Source: Saprolegnia diclina VS20
Lineage: Eukaryota
Direction of reading: 5' to 3'
NCBI RefSeq assembly: GCF_000281045.1
Contig: NW_008246178.1
Span: 56,930 to 120,929 of the forward strand
Length of the DNA: 64,000 nucleotides
Shown here piece after piece: positions 26,701 through 38,880 of the stretch; positions within the stretch are counted from its first letter, which is position 1, and each line of letters begins with the position of its first letter. A program made the translations under genes and the position numbers. Below the pieces are notes generated by a model. That model was not told the origin of the DNA and did not search any database. It saw only the letters and a list, made by a program, of their open reading frames with translations.

Positions 26701-27691
26701 AAAAGCAAATGTCCTTGGAGCCTGCGCAGCGTCCTTAGTGATGCAAAGGGGCGAGGAAGAAGCTACCGGAGATCGGCAGGCGCGCCTCGCCAAGCCGTGA
26801 CGTCGCGTTGCCTTGTGCGATCGCAAACTCGTCCTTCTCGCGCATGAACTCGAGGTGCAGCAGCCCTTTGCTCTACGCAGCGCCTGAGTCCCGTGGCTTT
26901 CCACGAGGAAGTCGCTCGCTACCTTGTACGGGTCAACAAGGATGCAAATGTTGTCCGTCTGCGCATGCGTCACATCCCGCTCCTCGACATAAATGTCATT
27001 GTCGAGCAAGATGACGCCGAGACCCGACTGGACGAGCCGCCGCAAGCACTTTTGCTGCAACGCGGCGACGTGCGCCGAGATGTCGGCCGGCGTCAAGTGC
27101 GCACGCGTCACGGGGTCCGTCACACCGCGCAGTCGCGACTTGTACAGCCTGCATGATTCCATGAGCTATCAATCGGAGCAAGCAGCAGTACCGAGCGACT
27201 TGCTTCGTGTTGCGCAAGATGAGGGCGAACGTGTAGCGCTGCGTCTCTTGGATCGTCACGCGCGGGACCGGAAAGTTGGGCAGGTCTACGCATCGGGGGT
27301 AGGTACTTGTAGGCTGCAGGCGACTTGTCGTACCGTTTGGGCGCCGACGCCGGCCTGCCGACGCGTTCGTGATGGTCGAGTTGACCATGGACTTGCGCTC
27401 CTTGTTGATGGAGATCGTGTGGTTGTCGACGACGTCGGTAACGACGTTCGTGGGCGTCGTCTGGTCTTCGTACGGCTCGGGGTCGGCCGAGACCATCGTG
27501 TCGGTGAGCAGGCGACGCACGACCTGCGGCAGCGGGATGCGCAGGCTGCTGCTCGAGTGGGGCTCAGGCGCATGGACCGCGTCCATGGTCTCATACGCAG
27601 CTTCCTCGACGACCGGCGACGGGTTCTGGTTGCGCTGCAGCACGAGCGCCCGGTACGCGGCCTCGCCCGCGGGCGTCCACGGCGTCGTCAT
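23794..27691 (-). CDS. Anoctamin/TMEM16-family protein with C-terminal EF-hand pair (paralog 2)
   Basis: Strongly similar to 7345-11148: LHFGERIAFLFAF, DYLDAAIQFSY, LNNVFEVRGDA, FIILEH, FDKYDGDGIDHLYEEEL, FRYMDKNRLGKVPFSTCCLML. Confidence 0.88.
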
Positions 27692-28362
27692 GGCCTCTAC
27701 GCTGTGAGCAACGGAACTATCCAGTTTCAGGCGCGCGGAACTGTCTTGCGTTTTGTATACCCCCGCGGTGCTGAAACCTTTGAAATTGGATACACGTATG
27801 CATTGCTAGAGGTTCCAACGGTCCCGAGCGAGCCACTCTTCATCGCCGCGATGCTGGAGCAAGCAGCTCGTCATATCGTAGTTAGTTGCCAACACACTTT
27901 GCCGTCTCATCTGCTATTACTTGGTGCGTAAAGAGACTGAGGCATTTGTTCAAATTCCCGACTTTTGTCGTATTTTTGCGTGTAAACGCGGCAAATCGCT
28001 CTGGCGATTGCCGACAGCAGGCAGTCGATTCGCATCTAGGATGGATGCGCGCGGTGAACCTTTTCGAGCCTTGAGACTGGGCATCGCTCGCACTTGGCGC
28101 GTCGGGAGAGAAGCCTCGGCCTGAACTAGTACTGCCATCTGAGAACGCAGCGAGCCAGAGCTGGGATTGCAGGACAACTCTCCATAGCGACCTAGCTACT
28201 AGGCTTTATAACCCAAGGTCCTAATACGCTAAGCTTACGCAGACTTTGTGAGCGAGCTGAACTACGAGTTCTCGAGAGCTTGAGATCATGGTTCTAACGC
28301 GCCAAAATAATAATAAAATGCATATTTTGCAGATTGGCCAGCAACGCTGACAAGCGTGGACC

Positions 28363-29888
28363 ATGGCTGAGCGCTTTGATGGCCCCGTGCTCGTGGATCG
28401 CGCCGGCTTTAGCGCGTGGCAGGCCGACTTCATGACGTCGGCGACAGCGCAGGGCTATGCAAAGTACTACATCGAGGCAACCTTTGACGACCCCGCGGCC
28501 TTTGCGGCGGCCATCGCCCAGCTCGAGGCCAGGAACAGCGTCGTTGTGCCGGCCGACGCCGATGCTGCACAGCGCTACGCTCACTTCAAAGAGCTGCATG
28601 TCTTCTATCTAGAGCAGTTCCACGCCCGCGCTCGCGTGTACCTTGCGTCGGCCATCGACCCATCTCTGCAGCGGGCTATCTCCACGCTCGCGTCGTCGTA
28701 CGACGCATACCAGCACCTGCTGCAGCGTTTCGCCCCGAGCTCCGCAGCGGCGATCCTCGCGTCTCTCACCTCCGTAGCTGGCGACGAGCCAGCGACAATC
28801 GTGCGTCGCGTGGACGAGCTGGTTCCGGTCTTGCGCGCTGCCGTCGTCGGAGACAAGGACTTGTGTCAGCTCTCCGTCATCGACTACGATCGCCACGTAT
28901 GGAACGAGCTTCGAACTGCGCTTATAGCGCAGTGCTTTCTCGGCGCGCCACGCTGCGCTGCAGACGAGGACCTGGCGCCGCTCGCAGCTACGACCGTGGA
29001 ATCGCCAACACCAGCTTCCTCGACGCCACTATCATGCCATGCGAGAGTCGCAGACGCCAGTACCCCCAGCGAACTTGGTGCAGCGCATCTGCCCGAGACT
29101 GCCGCTTCGAGCAGCGAAAAGGCACCTGACGATACGGAGCCCGATCCCAAGCGACAGCGCATCCAAGACCTTCTCTCGGAAGCCGTGTCGTCGGAAGGTG
29201 AAGAAGAAGGCGAAGTGCTGCCGCGGGATGAGCTGCCACTCGCGCGCACCGTCTACGTCACGCAGCTCAACCACAACGTCACTGAGGCAGTCTTGCAGGA
29301 TCTTTGCGAATCGTTTGGCCTCGAGGTACAGGTCGATGTCGCAGCCTCTTGGCCTCACGTACCTGGCGCAGATGGACCCAACGACGAACTTTCCCGTCAT
29401 CGACGTCTTCCTCAACCACCGAACGCGCCGCCCGCGGGGCGACGGCATCCTCCGCTTCACGACGGCCCAAGGCGCGGGCGACGCAGTCACCACCCTCCAT
29501 AGTGCGATCGCGCATACAACTTTGCACTCTGACGTCGTATGTACTAGACAAGCAGGCGCGGCCGCATTTGCCGGTGCTCCACGCTCGACTGCTGGATTCC
29601 GCCACCTTTGCGCTATTAACCGCTCAGATTTATGCGCCGAGGACGCTATGGACGTGCGCAACCTGTCGGCGTGAGATTTCTTGCTGGCGCAGCGCCTGTG
29701 ATGAGTGCAAGCAGCCCCGCATACGACCCGCCGCGTGCAGCGAGCTCTTCCCGACCGACTGGCTTTGTCCACTGTACGTGGCGTGGTAATGATTTATCTC
29801 ACTAGGAGTGGTGCGTAGTTGTATCAGCGCTAACCCCACCGAAGCCGTCAATTGCAGTGGCTGTCGCCAGCCACGTTTGCTGAAGTAA
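28363..29888 (+). CDS. FET/TAF15-like RRM + two RanBP2-type zinc fingers, with N-terminal copia-Gag-like domain
   Basis: RRM TVYVTQL...PVIDVFLNHRTRRPRGDGILRF; fingers WTCATC-x10-CDEC and DWLCPLC-x10-CSGC; three short introns in the 3' half; long intronless first exon. Confidence 0.8.
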
Positions 29889-31809
29889 TCACGTTAAACT
29901 ACCGAGGGCCGCCGCTACCCGCTCGAGCTTTTGAATCGACGACTCGAGTGCGTCCGTTGCGGTGGTCGTTAGCGTGATCTCGGGCTCGAGGCGCGCTGCG
30001 CAGTCGTCGAGCACCTTGCGCACGTGCTTGGAGGCCTTGCGCGAGGCCAGCCGCATGCGCCGCGCGGTCGCCATGTGCCTACGACCTGATATCGGCAACA
30101 CGCTAAACAAGTTAAGGCGTCGTACGCGTGGAGGCGCAGCGTGATTTTGTGCTTGTCGACGCCGGCGCGCTGGCAGCGCCAGATCGTCTGCATGACAGCC
30201 GCAGCATTGTCGCGCGCGCACACCGTGTCATCGCGCTCAGTGATGGTGCGCATCGTGTCTTCTTCGGCCAGCGTGATGAGGAGCGCGTCGACAAACACGA
30301 CGCGGAGCAGCGAATTGAACACAAGACCGCCGAGGACGCCGCCAACGAGGCAGAAGAAGCGCCCGGCGGTCGTAATCGGCACGACCTCGCCATAGCCCAC
30401 CGTCGCCTAGCCAGTATTCCATTGGATGGGACCACGTGTGTGTCGACGCACCATCGTCACGATCGAGATCCACAGCGCGTCCGCAAACGAGTTGACGTTT
30501 GGGTTGAGCGTCCTAAAGAATGGTGATCGTTTTCAAGCCAGAGTGATGGTACCCTTCGATCTGGATGATCGCAATGGAGGTCACGATGAGGTTGACGAGA
30601 AGCGCCAAGGAGGCAAATGTCGCGGGGTACACGTGGAAGAGGTACTTGATCGAGAAGAACGGCGACGACGACTTGACGTTGTGGATCGCTCCTGCGCCAA
30701 TCATCCTGCTTCGTCTTTATGTTTTTGAGCTCAAAAGTACCGAGAAAGGCGACGCTGTTGGTGTTGAAGCCGAGGACGTTGCGCACGAGGCGTCCGAAGA
30801 CGTAGACGCGCACGAGCACGACGAGGCCTGTCATAGATCTCATATGGTGGCGATAGAAGCTGAGAGTACCAAACTGGTTGAGATTGTACGCTATCTCAAC
30901 ATAGCAGTGGCCTTGGTCGAGAAGGAGACCCGTCGCGCACACAGAGTCGACTGCTCCCTGCATTAGCGAATAAATGGAATGCTTTGTCACTACGTGCGAG
31001 GTACCTGGGTCGCGGCCGATATGTACTGATGTACGAGCACGGTGTAGTCGAGGCGTGGCAGCATGTGTACGACAAACACGATCGTTTCCAGCACGTAGAG
31101 CCTACGCCCATGAAGCGACATTGCGATTATACAAGCGGAGCGCACCAGCGCTTGGTGAATGCTCGGTGGTAGAGGCGCGTGCGCGGGTCGAGCTGCCCGG
31201 ACGTGACTTCAATGGCACAAATGCCATCTACGACTCGAGAATGGGCCGCCAGTGCATCGACTGTGGTCGCAAACCGTAGCGTAGGTAGATGAGCACGACG
31301 AGCGCCAATGTGACGATAGTGAGAAAGGTTTTGGTGAGGGTCAGCGACGCCGCTGTCTCTGCGTTGGGCAGTCCGTTCAGCCACGAGCCGTAGCTCCAGT
31401 ACAACTGCAATAGTCTTAGCGTTCATCGGAATCTGGTGGCGTACCTTCATGATGGCCGACTCGCCGAGGATGCTTATGAAAGCGAGAACGCCGATCCAGT
31501 TTTCGATGCGGCGCTGGCTCGCGTACATCTAGTTGGATCGTTGACGAGCCAATTGGGAATCTGAATTCGTACGTTCTTGAGACGGTTGATTCGCTGCAGC
31601 TCGACGACGGTCGTTTGCCACAGCTCGTCGTTGACGAGCATGCGCTGCTTGAGCTAGATATCGGCGCTGAGTACGAGACGTCTGGATTCGCGCCAGACCT
31701 GCAACCGGTAGAGCTCGTCGCGCGGTTGGATCGCGTTGCGGCGCGTGGGGCGGAGGCGCTTGGCGATGTAGCGCACGCTTCTCGCTGGCAGCATCACCTG
31801 CACGTCCAT
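29889..31809 (-). CDS. Small-conductance Ca2+-activated K+ channel-like (SK/KCNN family) protein
   Basis: Pore FADALWISIVTMATVGYGEVVPITTAGR, S4-like LVVLVRVYVFGRLVR, several TM segments and a CaM-binding-like C-terminal helix (RDNAAAVMQTIWR). Confidence 0.8.
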
Positions 31810-31984
31810 GAGGCTAAGGCGAGGCATCGCAACTCGTAAAATTAGACAGGCTACTCCAACAATCCATCGCCAAGTCTATTTATACCCTATATATGCAATT
31901 GAGTTTGGAGGTTGGAATTTGAGTTTGGAGTTGGCGACGACAAGAAGAATACAAAGCGTTAAGTTGATTAGATAAGTGACGCGC

Positions 31985-33211
31985 CTACACGCAGTGCGTG
32001 ATGACGCGGTAGACGAGCGAGTGCTCGACGAGGTACTTGTGCTTCTTGACGTGGACGGACGCGCCGACGATCGGGATCGAGCGCAGGAAAAGTGACATGC
32101 TGCACGCGATCTGGACGCAAGTGACGCACTGCCGCCACTTGTCGACCGCCGCTTCCATCTCGAGGCGTCCGGACGACGAGAACGCGCCGAGGAGGAAGCA
32201 GAGCACGAGGCCGAGGAGCGTGTTGACGCCGTATGGAGCCAAAACACTGATGGCGAAGAAGCCCATCATGACGGCCATGACGGCAGTGAGCGTCCACTGG
32301 CCGGCGGTCGCAAAGGCATACGCCGCGGCGTGGCCGGCGCTGAGCACCGCGCGCGCCCAGAGCTCAGCGTAGAGAAGACCGAACGCCAATGGCTTCCAGA
32401 GAGCGACGACTGCCGTCACGAAGAGCACATCCAAGATCTTGTTCTCGAGGAACTTGTAGCCGAGGAAGCGGCCGAGGCTCGTGCGGTACGCGTGGGCGCC
32501 CCAACGGACAGGCGGGACCACGGCGCGGGTCGTAAAGCTCTTCTTCTTGGCCCAGGCGTAGGCGTCGGCCTTGCCGAGTTCGTAGAGCCACTGGATGCTC
32601 TCGGGCGCCGGCGGGTACACGGCCCACCACATGGGCACGTACTGCGACGGCTTGATGTCGGCCTGCGTGCAGTAGAACGGGCTGACGGTGATTGTCGTCT
32701 CGTCCACGACGGGCTGAAAGTCAAAGATGCCGCCGTCGAAGACCCACTCGCCGTTGAGGTGGAACGGGAAGCCCGCGATCGGTGTCGCGCAGCACGACGC
32801 CAGCACCGCTTTCACGCCATGCTCGGCGTCCGAGAAGGTGCTCACGCGGCGCGAGCGCCACTTGGAGATGCTCGAGTAGACAACGATGCATTTTTGCGTC
32901 GCATTGAGCTCCGTGATGCGCTGAAAGTTGCCGTACCGACGAACGGCCTCGCGCAGGTAGGCGCGCACGTTGCAGGCACCTGCGAGCGACGCCCGGGCGA
33001 GCGGCACAAAGTCGTTGACGACGCCATGCACCATGGCGTCGAAGTCGCCATCGAGCGCAAGGCCGAGCGCGGCGAGCGAGCCGCCGGACGAGCCAAGGAC
33101 CGTCGCGTCGCGGTGGAGGCCAAGGTCTTGGAGCGCTTTAGCGACGCCAAAGTGGTAGGTCTTGAGCCAGCCAGAGCAGGCAAAGGAGTAGCTGGATGGG
33201 CGAGCGGTCAT
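31985..33211 (-). CDS. Patatin-like phospholipase/triacylglycerol lipase (PNPLA/ATGL-like) with C-terminal TM segments, intronless
   Basis: SFACSGWL..YHFGVA, catalytic GSSGG, DGG motif, TITVSPF. Confidence 0.88.
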   Translation of the reverse strand: MTARPSSYSFACSGWLKTYHFGVAKALQDLGLHRDATVLGSSGGSLAALGLALDGDFDAMVHGVVNDFVPLARASLAGACNVRAYLREAVRRYGNFQRITELNATQKCIVVYSSISKWRSRRVSTFSDAEHGVKAVLASCCATPIAGFPFHLNGEWVFDGGIFDFQPVVDETTITVSPFYCTQADIKPSQYVPMWWAVYPPAPESIQWLYELGKADAYAWAKKKSFTTRAVVPPVRWGAHAYRTSLGRFLGYKFLENKILDVLFVTAVVALWKPLAFGLLYAELWARAVLSAGHAAAYAFATAGQWTLTAVMAVMMGFFAISVLAPYGVNTLLGLVLCFLLGAFSSSGRLEMEAAVDKWRQCVTCVQIACSMSLFLRSIPIVGASVHVKKHKYLVEHSLVYRVITHCV

Positions 33212-33349
33212 CTTGCTATGAGTTCGTAGTTGCTGGATCACTGCAAGTCCGTGACTGCGGACGGTGTCGTCGACGTTCGAGCTGGGCACAATACTGTACC
33301 GAGGTTCAACGTGGCCGCTTGTGGCTCAAGCACCAAGGACCCTACGAAA

Positions 33350-33600
33350 TCGCATGTGATTGGCTCCTGCACTGTTGTTCCGGCGTTTGATTGGTGTAGA
33401 AATTTTCAAGGCATTTGATTGGCCCTCTGGATGACGTCATCGGTCCCGCCACTGCGTCGCCGATCGAGTCACGCCCGGCGGCACGTGATTCCCGGCTAGT
33501 GGCCAAGTGAGCTTGTGACGCGCTGTCGTCACATGGCTGTGATTGGCTAACATAGTGAGTGACAGAGACGAGTCAGGGCACGCTGATTGGCTAAACATCA
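33350..33600. promoter_or_regulatory. CCAAT-box cluster in divergent promoter (patatin / TPR-GT41)
   Basis: At least five TGATTGG motifs, including near-duplicate tgattggctaa(a)cat at ~33540 and ~33584. Confidence 0.55.
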
Positions 33601-34045
33601 AACTGGTCAGATCTTTGGTCATTTCAGAGGCGGTTTCCAGTGCGCGCACTTGTACCGCAGTTTGCATTGCATGGGCAGAAGGCGCGTTGGAACGCCCCGA
33701 GGGGCAGCAGATTCTCTCAAAAGATACGATGCGTCTACACTACCTAGAGACTCTAGAGACGTAGGCAACTGGGGTCATTACATAGCTCTGGTCGCTTCCT
33801 TGATAACGCGATCTTCGGAACCCACCAGCCGTTTCGAACGGAATCCTTTGTGGACAAAGCGCAGAAGCCTCGTTTTACGAACCTCTTTCGACGTTCTCGA
33901 ACAAAATGACACCGTATTGGTCCGATTTTGATGATTCACCCCTCGGACATACCAACATGCATGGCTGCACTTCAAGTGCGCGCTCGAGGTTCGTGCACTC
34001 ACGCCACACATTTTTTCGAACGCCCCTCCTTCAACTTGACGAAAA

Positions 34046-37003
34046 ATGATGTGGCGGCTGCTTCTGCTCGCCGCCTTCTGTCGCGCGGAGTCGCCGCACG
34101 ATGCGATCTTCGCGGCGCTGCATTCGCCGCCGATCGAGATCCTCTCGCCGACGCAGAACCAGGTGCTCGAGTCGTCGAGCCTCAGCATTGGCATCGTCGT
34201 GCGCGAACCATCCCGCGCCCTCGAGAACCCACAGGTTTGCGTCGGCGTCGCGCCCGTCGCTCGCCGCGAGAGCTCGAATATGAGCGAAAACTGCTTTGAG
34301 CAGACCAACATGACGACGTTTCACGCGACAAACCTCGAGCCTGGTACGCGCTACCACGTCAATGTGCAGCTGGTCGACCGCGGCAACGTCATCGCCATGT
34401 CGCTGCGCCACTTTCGCGTGGCCGCCGTGCCTCTTGAGCACAGCTACGTCACGGTCGAGGTGGCGCTTGAGGCGGCGAAGGACCTGTACATCGATGGCCA
34501 GCTGGAGGCGGCCATGGCGATCTACGAACGCATCCTCGACCAAGTGCCCGACCACGAAGGTGCCACGTACGTTTACGCTGTCGTGCTGGTCGAAACCAAG
34601 CAGGACGAGACGTTGATCTCGGTGCTGGACGCAGCGCTGCGGCGCAACCCGTCGCACGCCACGTACCACAACCTCATCGCGATCTCTCTGCGCCGCACGG
34701 GGCAGCTGGATGCTGCGCTCGAGCACTGGCGCCGCGCGATCGAGCTCGACCCGAACTTTATCCGAGCGCAGATGAACCTTGGCTCAGTCTTGCAAGACCA
34801 CGGGTACCTGGAGGATGCACTGCGTGAGCTTCTAGCGGTCGCTCATCGTCTGGATGATCTGCGAGACAACTCGCTCGAGTACGAAGCTGCCAGTCGCCTG
34901 TGCTCGCTCTTCATCGACCTCGACAAGCTTCCCAACGCCCACCGGTGCTTTCAAAGCGCTGTGGAGCGCTGGCCGCAGGACGCTCCGTTTCACATTGCGT
35001 ATGGCAACCTCTTCTGGCGCGTACGTACGATCGCACGACCATGCTCCTCATACCGTCTAGTCCGACGACGTGGAGGCGGCGCTCGACCTGTACCTCGCCG
35101 TGCAGCACCACGACGTCACTGCGATGGTAGATCCGCTCTATTGAATGCCGATGTACGTTGCCGCTAGGTCTATGCTGCTGTCGCACGGGAGCGCCAGGGC
35201 GACGCGGAAGGCAGCGCGGCCTTGCTGGACAAGGTCGAGCTCGTATGCGAGGAGAACTAACCCCAGTCGTAGGCGCAAGCGCTGGCCATCACGCAGGGCA
35301 AACCTTTCAGCTACATTCAAGTCCACCGCGCGCTCGTGCTTCCCTGGATGCATCCGAGCGACGACCGCTCCGTCGATGCAGTTCGCGCCGCCATGGAAGC
35401 CAGCCTCGAGGCGCTCACCGACCTGCGTACACCTCTTCGCGTAGTTCAGATACGGCGTCTCATTTACGATGCAGAGTCCGATGACGTCGCTCCGTCACGC
35501 CGACGCTTTAGCCTCGGGCTCCCGCTGCACGCACACCTGCGCAACAACAAGCATCTGCGCGCCAAGATAGCCGACGCCTTCCGCGGTTTGCTACCCGCTG
35601 CCACGACGCAGGGAACCGCGCAGCGCTTCGATTCGCCGCACTTTGGCGCTGTTGCGAACCTCCCGCGCACGCGCATCGGCTTTGTCGGGCGACTCGCGCC
35701 TGCCTCGTGGCTTCGCGAGACGTTCGATGCGCTCATTCAGCAGCTCGACACGCAGCGCTTTGAGGTGTTCTTGCTTACGCTCCACGCCGAGGAAGACGGC
35801 GCGGCCAACTACATCGAACACGTACGTGCGACGATTGCGTGATCCCAACCCGACGGACCGTAGATCGTCGTGCTTGCCGACGCCGTGACAGAGGCCGCCG
35901 CCGAGATCCGCAGCTGCCGCATCGACGTGCTCGTCTACCCCAGCGTACGTCGCGTTTTCGTAGTGTTTATTCGTACAGTAACTAGCTGGGCGACGACGCA
36001 ACGACGTTCGCGCTGAGCTTGCTGCGCCTCGCTGCCGTCCAGGCGGTGTGGTACGGACTCCCAGAGACATCCGGCGTGCCAACCATCGACTACTTTGTGA
36101 CGTCGACGCTCGAGGCCCCGGGGCACGAAGACCACTACACCGAGGCGCTCTTCCCACTAACGTGCGTCATTAGTCGATGAGACACTTGTCGTTCTCAGCA
36201 TCGCCATGTAGCGGCCTTGGCTTCTTCGTTGCGCTGCACGAGCCCGCGCCAGTGCCCACGTTGACGGTCAACGACGTCCGAACGCTTCAGAAGAAGCTCT
36301 TCAACTGGCCTCTGGAGGATCCCATCCGCGTTTACGTCCTCCCGACCGTACGTGTTCTGTTTCAATGCAAAACTGAGGAGGACGCCAGGACATTGTGTCG
36401 ATGCACGCCGACATGGTCGTCGCCATCAAGCGGCTGCTGCGACTCGACAAGTTCGCGTGCGTGCTGATCGCATCGACGGCCCAGTCCACGACGCTTGAGA
36501 GTCAGCTGCTCCAGCGAATTGGCCTCCACAACGCTCGCGTCCAGTTTGGTCGCCTCGAGTCCGTCCACTCGATGCGCATCTACATGCGGGGCGCCGACGT
36601 TGTGCTCCAGCCGCTCTACACCCCGCGCGTTGAGCCGACGCTCCACGTACAAAGAAAAATCCTGTAAAAACTGGAACTTCATGCGGTGTAGGCGCTCCGA
36701 GAAGGCGTCCCGATCGTGACGCTGCCGAGAGCCTATTGGCGCACGCGCCTCGCGGCCGCCATGCTCGACAAGGTGGGCGTCGCCGACGTGTGCGTGACGC
36801 AGACTGTCGGCAGCTACGTGCGCCGCGCGATCCAGCTCGCGTCCAAGCGCGCACTGCGCGACGAGGTGATTCAGCGCATGACACTTGGGCAGGAAGCGCT
36901 CTTCGAGGACGAGACGGCCGTCACCGAGTGGACGCGCTTCTTTACTTTTGCGACCGAAGGACCCACGAGCCAACGCCAACCGATCCTGTTGAGCATGACG
37001 TAA
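34046..37003 (+). CDS. Signal-peptide, TPR-containing GT41 (OGT/SPINDLY/HMW1C-like) protein
   Basis: Hydrophobic leader MMWRLLLLAAFCRAE; TPRs (AALEHWRRAIELDPNFIRAQMNLG); GT41-like RIGFV, IDVLVYPELG...RLAAVQAVWYGLPETSGVPTIDYFV, GVPIVTLP. Confidence 0.8.
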
Positions 37004-37188
37004 CCTTGCGTAATGCCTGCTATTTGTGATACGGCGTGGCATCCTCACGAGGCGGACCAGTCCCAACGCAAACTTCGTTCGGCCTCATCGATCTCGCAGC
37101 ATCGTTCAGCGTCCAATTGTCCAAGTGAGACGTCGTTTTCTGCTTTGCATTATACTAGTATGTGGATCGAGTGTTGCGAGGTTAATCT

Positions 37189-38343
37189 TTACGCGTGCTG
37201 GATGCAGTTGAGTCGCTCCAAGGCGAGCATGAGCGCTTGCGTCCCGAGCTTGCCGCCGTTGGTCTGGGCCTATCCGAGGGGTTGAGGCCATTGAGAGTGA
37301 GAGTTGAGGGTGATACCTGCACAGCGAGGTACAACTGGTTGGCGAGCGCGAGACCCGGGAGTGCCAAGCCCATCCTACGAGACAATAAGAACTGAGAGAA
37401 GACGACAGCCGCGTACGCCTGGGACTCCTTGAGCGCGATGCCCAGGTCCTTGAGAAAGTGCTCGACCATGAAGCCCGGGTTAAAGTCGCGGCGGGCGATG
37501 CGCGGGCCCATGTTGTTGATGGACCACGAGCCCGCAGCACCGGCACCAACGGCCGCGATCGCTTCGTTCAGGTCCAAGCCCGCCTTGTGCGCATACAGAA
37601 GGCCCTCCACGACACCAATCATGTTGGTCGCGATCAGAATCTAGAGTGCATCTTGACGACGGGGCAACAGGCAGTCGGCTCTGTACCTGGTTGACCATCT
37701 TGGTGTGCTGGCCAGCACCCGCACCGCCCATGTGGCGGATGTTCTTGCCCATGACGTTAAAGAGCGGCATGACCTTCTCGAGAGCAGCAGCGTCGCCGCC
37801 GACCATGATGGACAAGCGGGCTTCCTTGGCGCCGACGTCGCCGCCCGAGACCGGTGCTACCCGACCGTCAAGACTCATGACCGGTACCGTTGTATTGTAC
37901 CGTCGATGGCCGAGACGCCCTTGGCCTGTGCGGCAGCGTAGATTTCCTTGGCCAGCGACGGCTCGCTCGTCGTCATGTCCACGACGATGCCACCGGGCGA
38001 CAGTGTCGAGAGCACACCTTGGTCGCCCAAAATGACCTGGCGCACGTCGCTGGGGTAGCCGACAATCGTAAACACAACGTCTACAAAAACATCAGTCGCG
38101 CTTTCATAGAGAGTGTCGGACCCGACTGCGCAGCGACGGCGGCCGGCGTCGGCGCGTACGTGGCACCCTTGGCAACGAGGCTGTCGCACTTGCTGGGCGT
38201 GCGGCTGTACACCGTGACCGCGTAGCCGGCGTTCTGCGCAAATACAAAATAAGCGCCACATCGCAGGGCGCAGGCGGTCGTACGAGGATGTGCTCGCACA
38301 TGCTCTTGCCCATGATGCCCGTGCCAATGAACCCGACGCGCAT
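37189..38343 (-). CDS. Beta-hydroxyacid dehydrogenase (3-hydroxyisobutyrate DH / 2-hydroxy-3-oxopropionate reductase-like), copy 1
   Basis: [53 protein letters not shown]. Confidence 0.92.
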
Positions 38344-38880
38344 CTTCGTGATGACCGTCCAAATGATTTCTGGTGAACGCCCGAGGATCAACGTATCCGG
38401 ATACAGCGTGTGTCGCACCACCTATCCGGCGGTGTTGCATTTCACACGTGGGTTTTTCACTTCAAGTTGCACATATCACGCACATCGCGCTGCCATCGCC
38501 ATGGTATACGTCCTGCAAGGGATATAAAAGCTAGTTTTTATATCCTGGTTCTACTGACCCATGTATACGTAGATTCGCTCGATTTCGATTGCATTCGTTC
38601 GGCAGTCGCGTACGTCGGAGCATACGCAATCTGGGATGCGCACTCTTCGTCAAAGCACGGCTGCTGTAGAAGAGCGCAATGGCTGATGTTGCCCCTCGGA
38701 GCAGCTTCACTGCGCGTCAACATCAGCCATGTGCCAGGATGACCCACATCGCAACTCTTGCGTTTACGTGTACTAGTACGTCGAGCTCTCACTTTGGATA
38801 CGTATACGTGGCGCCCTTGCCGTTTTTCACGTGAGAAATGGAAATTTCCACATGACGACGCTCGTTCCCCAAAAGGCAAC

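Noticed and set aside
28194..28210. 13-mer gctactaggcttt shared with 1197-1209
   Set aside because: A match this short is expected by chance in 64 kb; no extended similarity.
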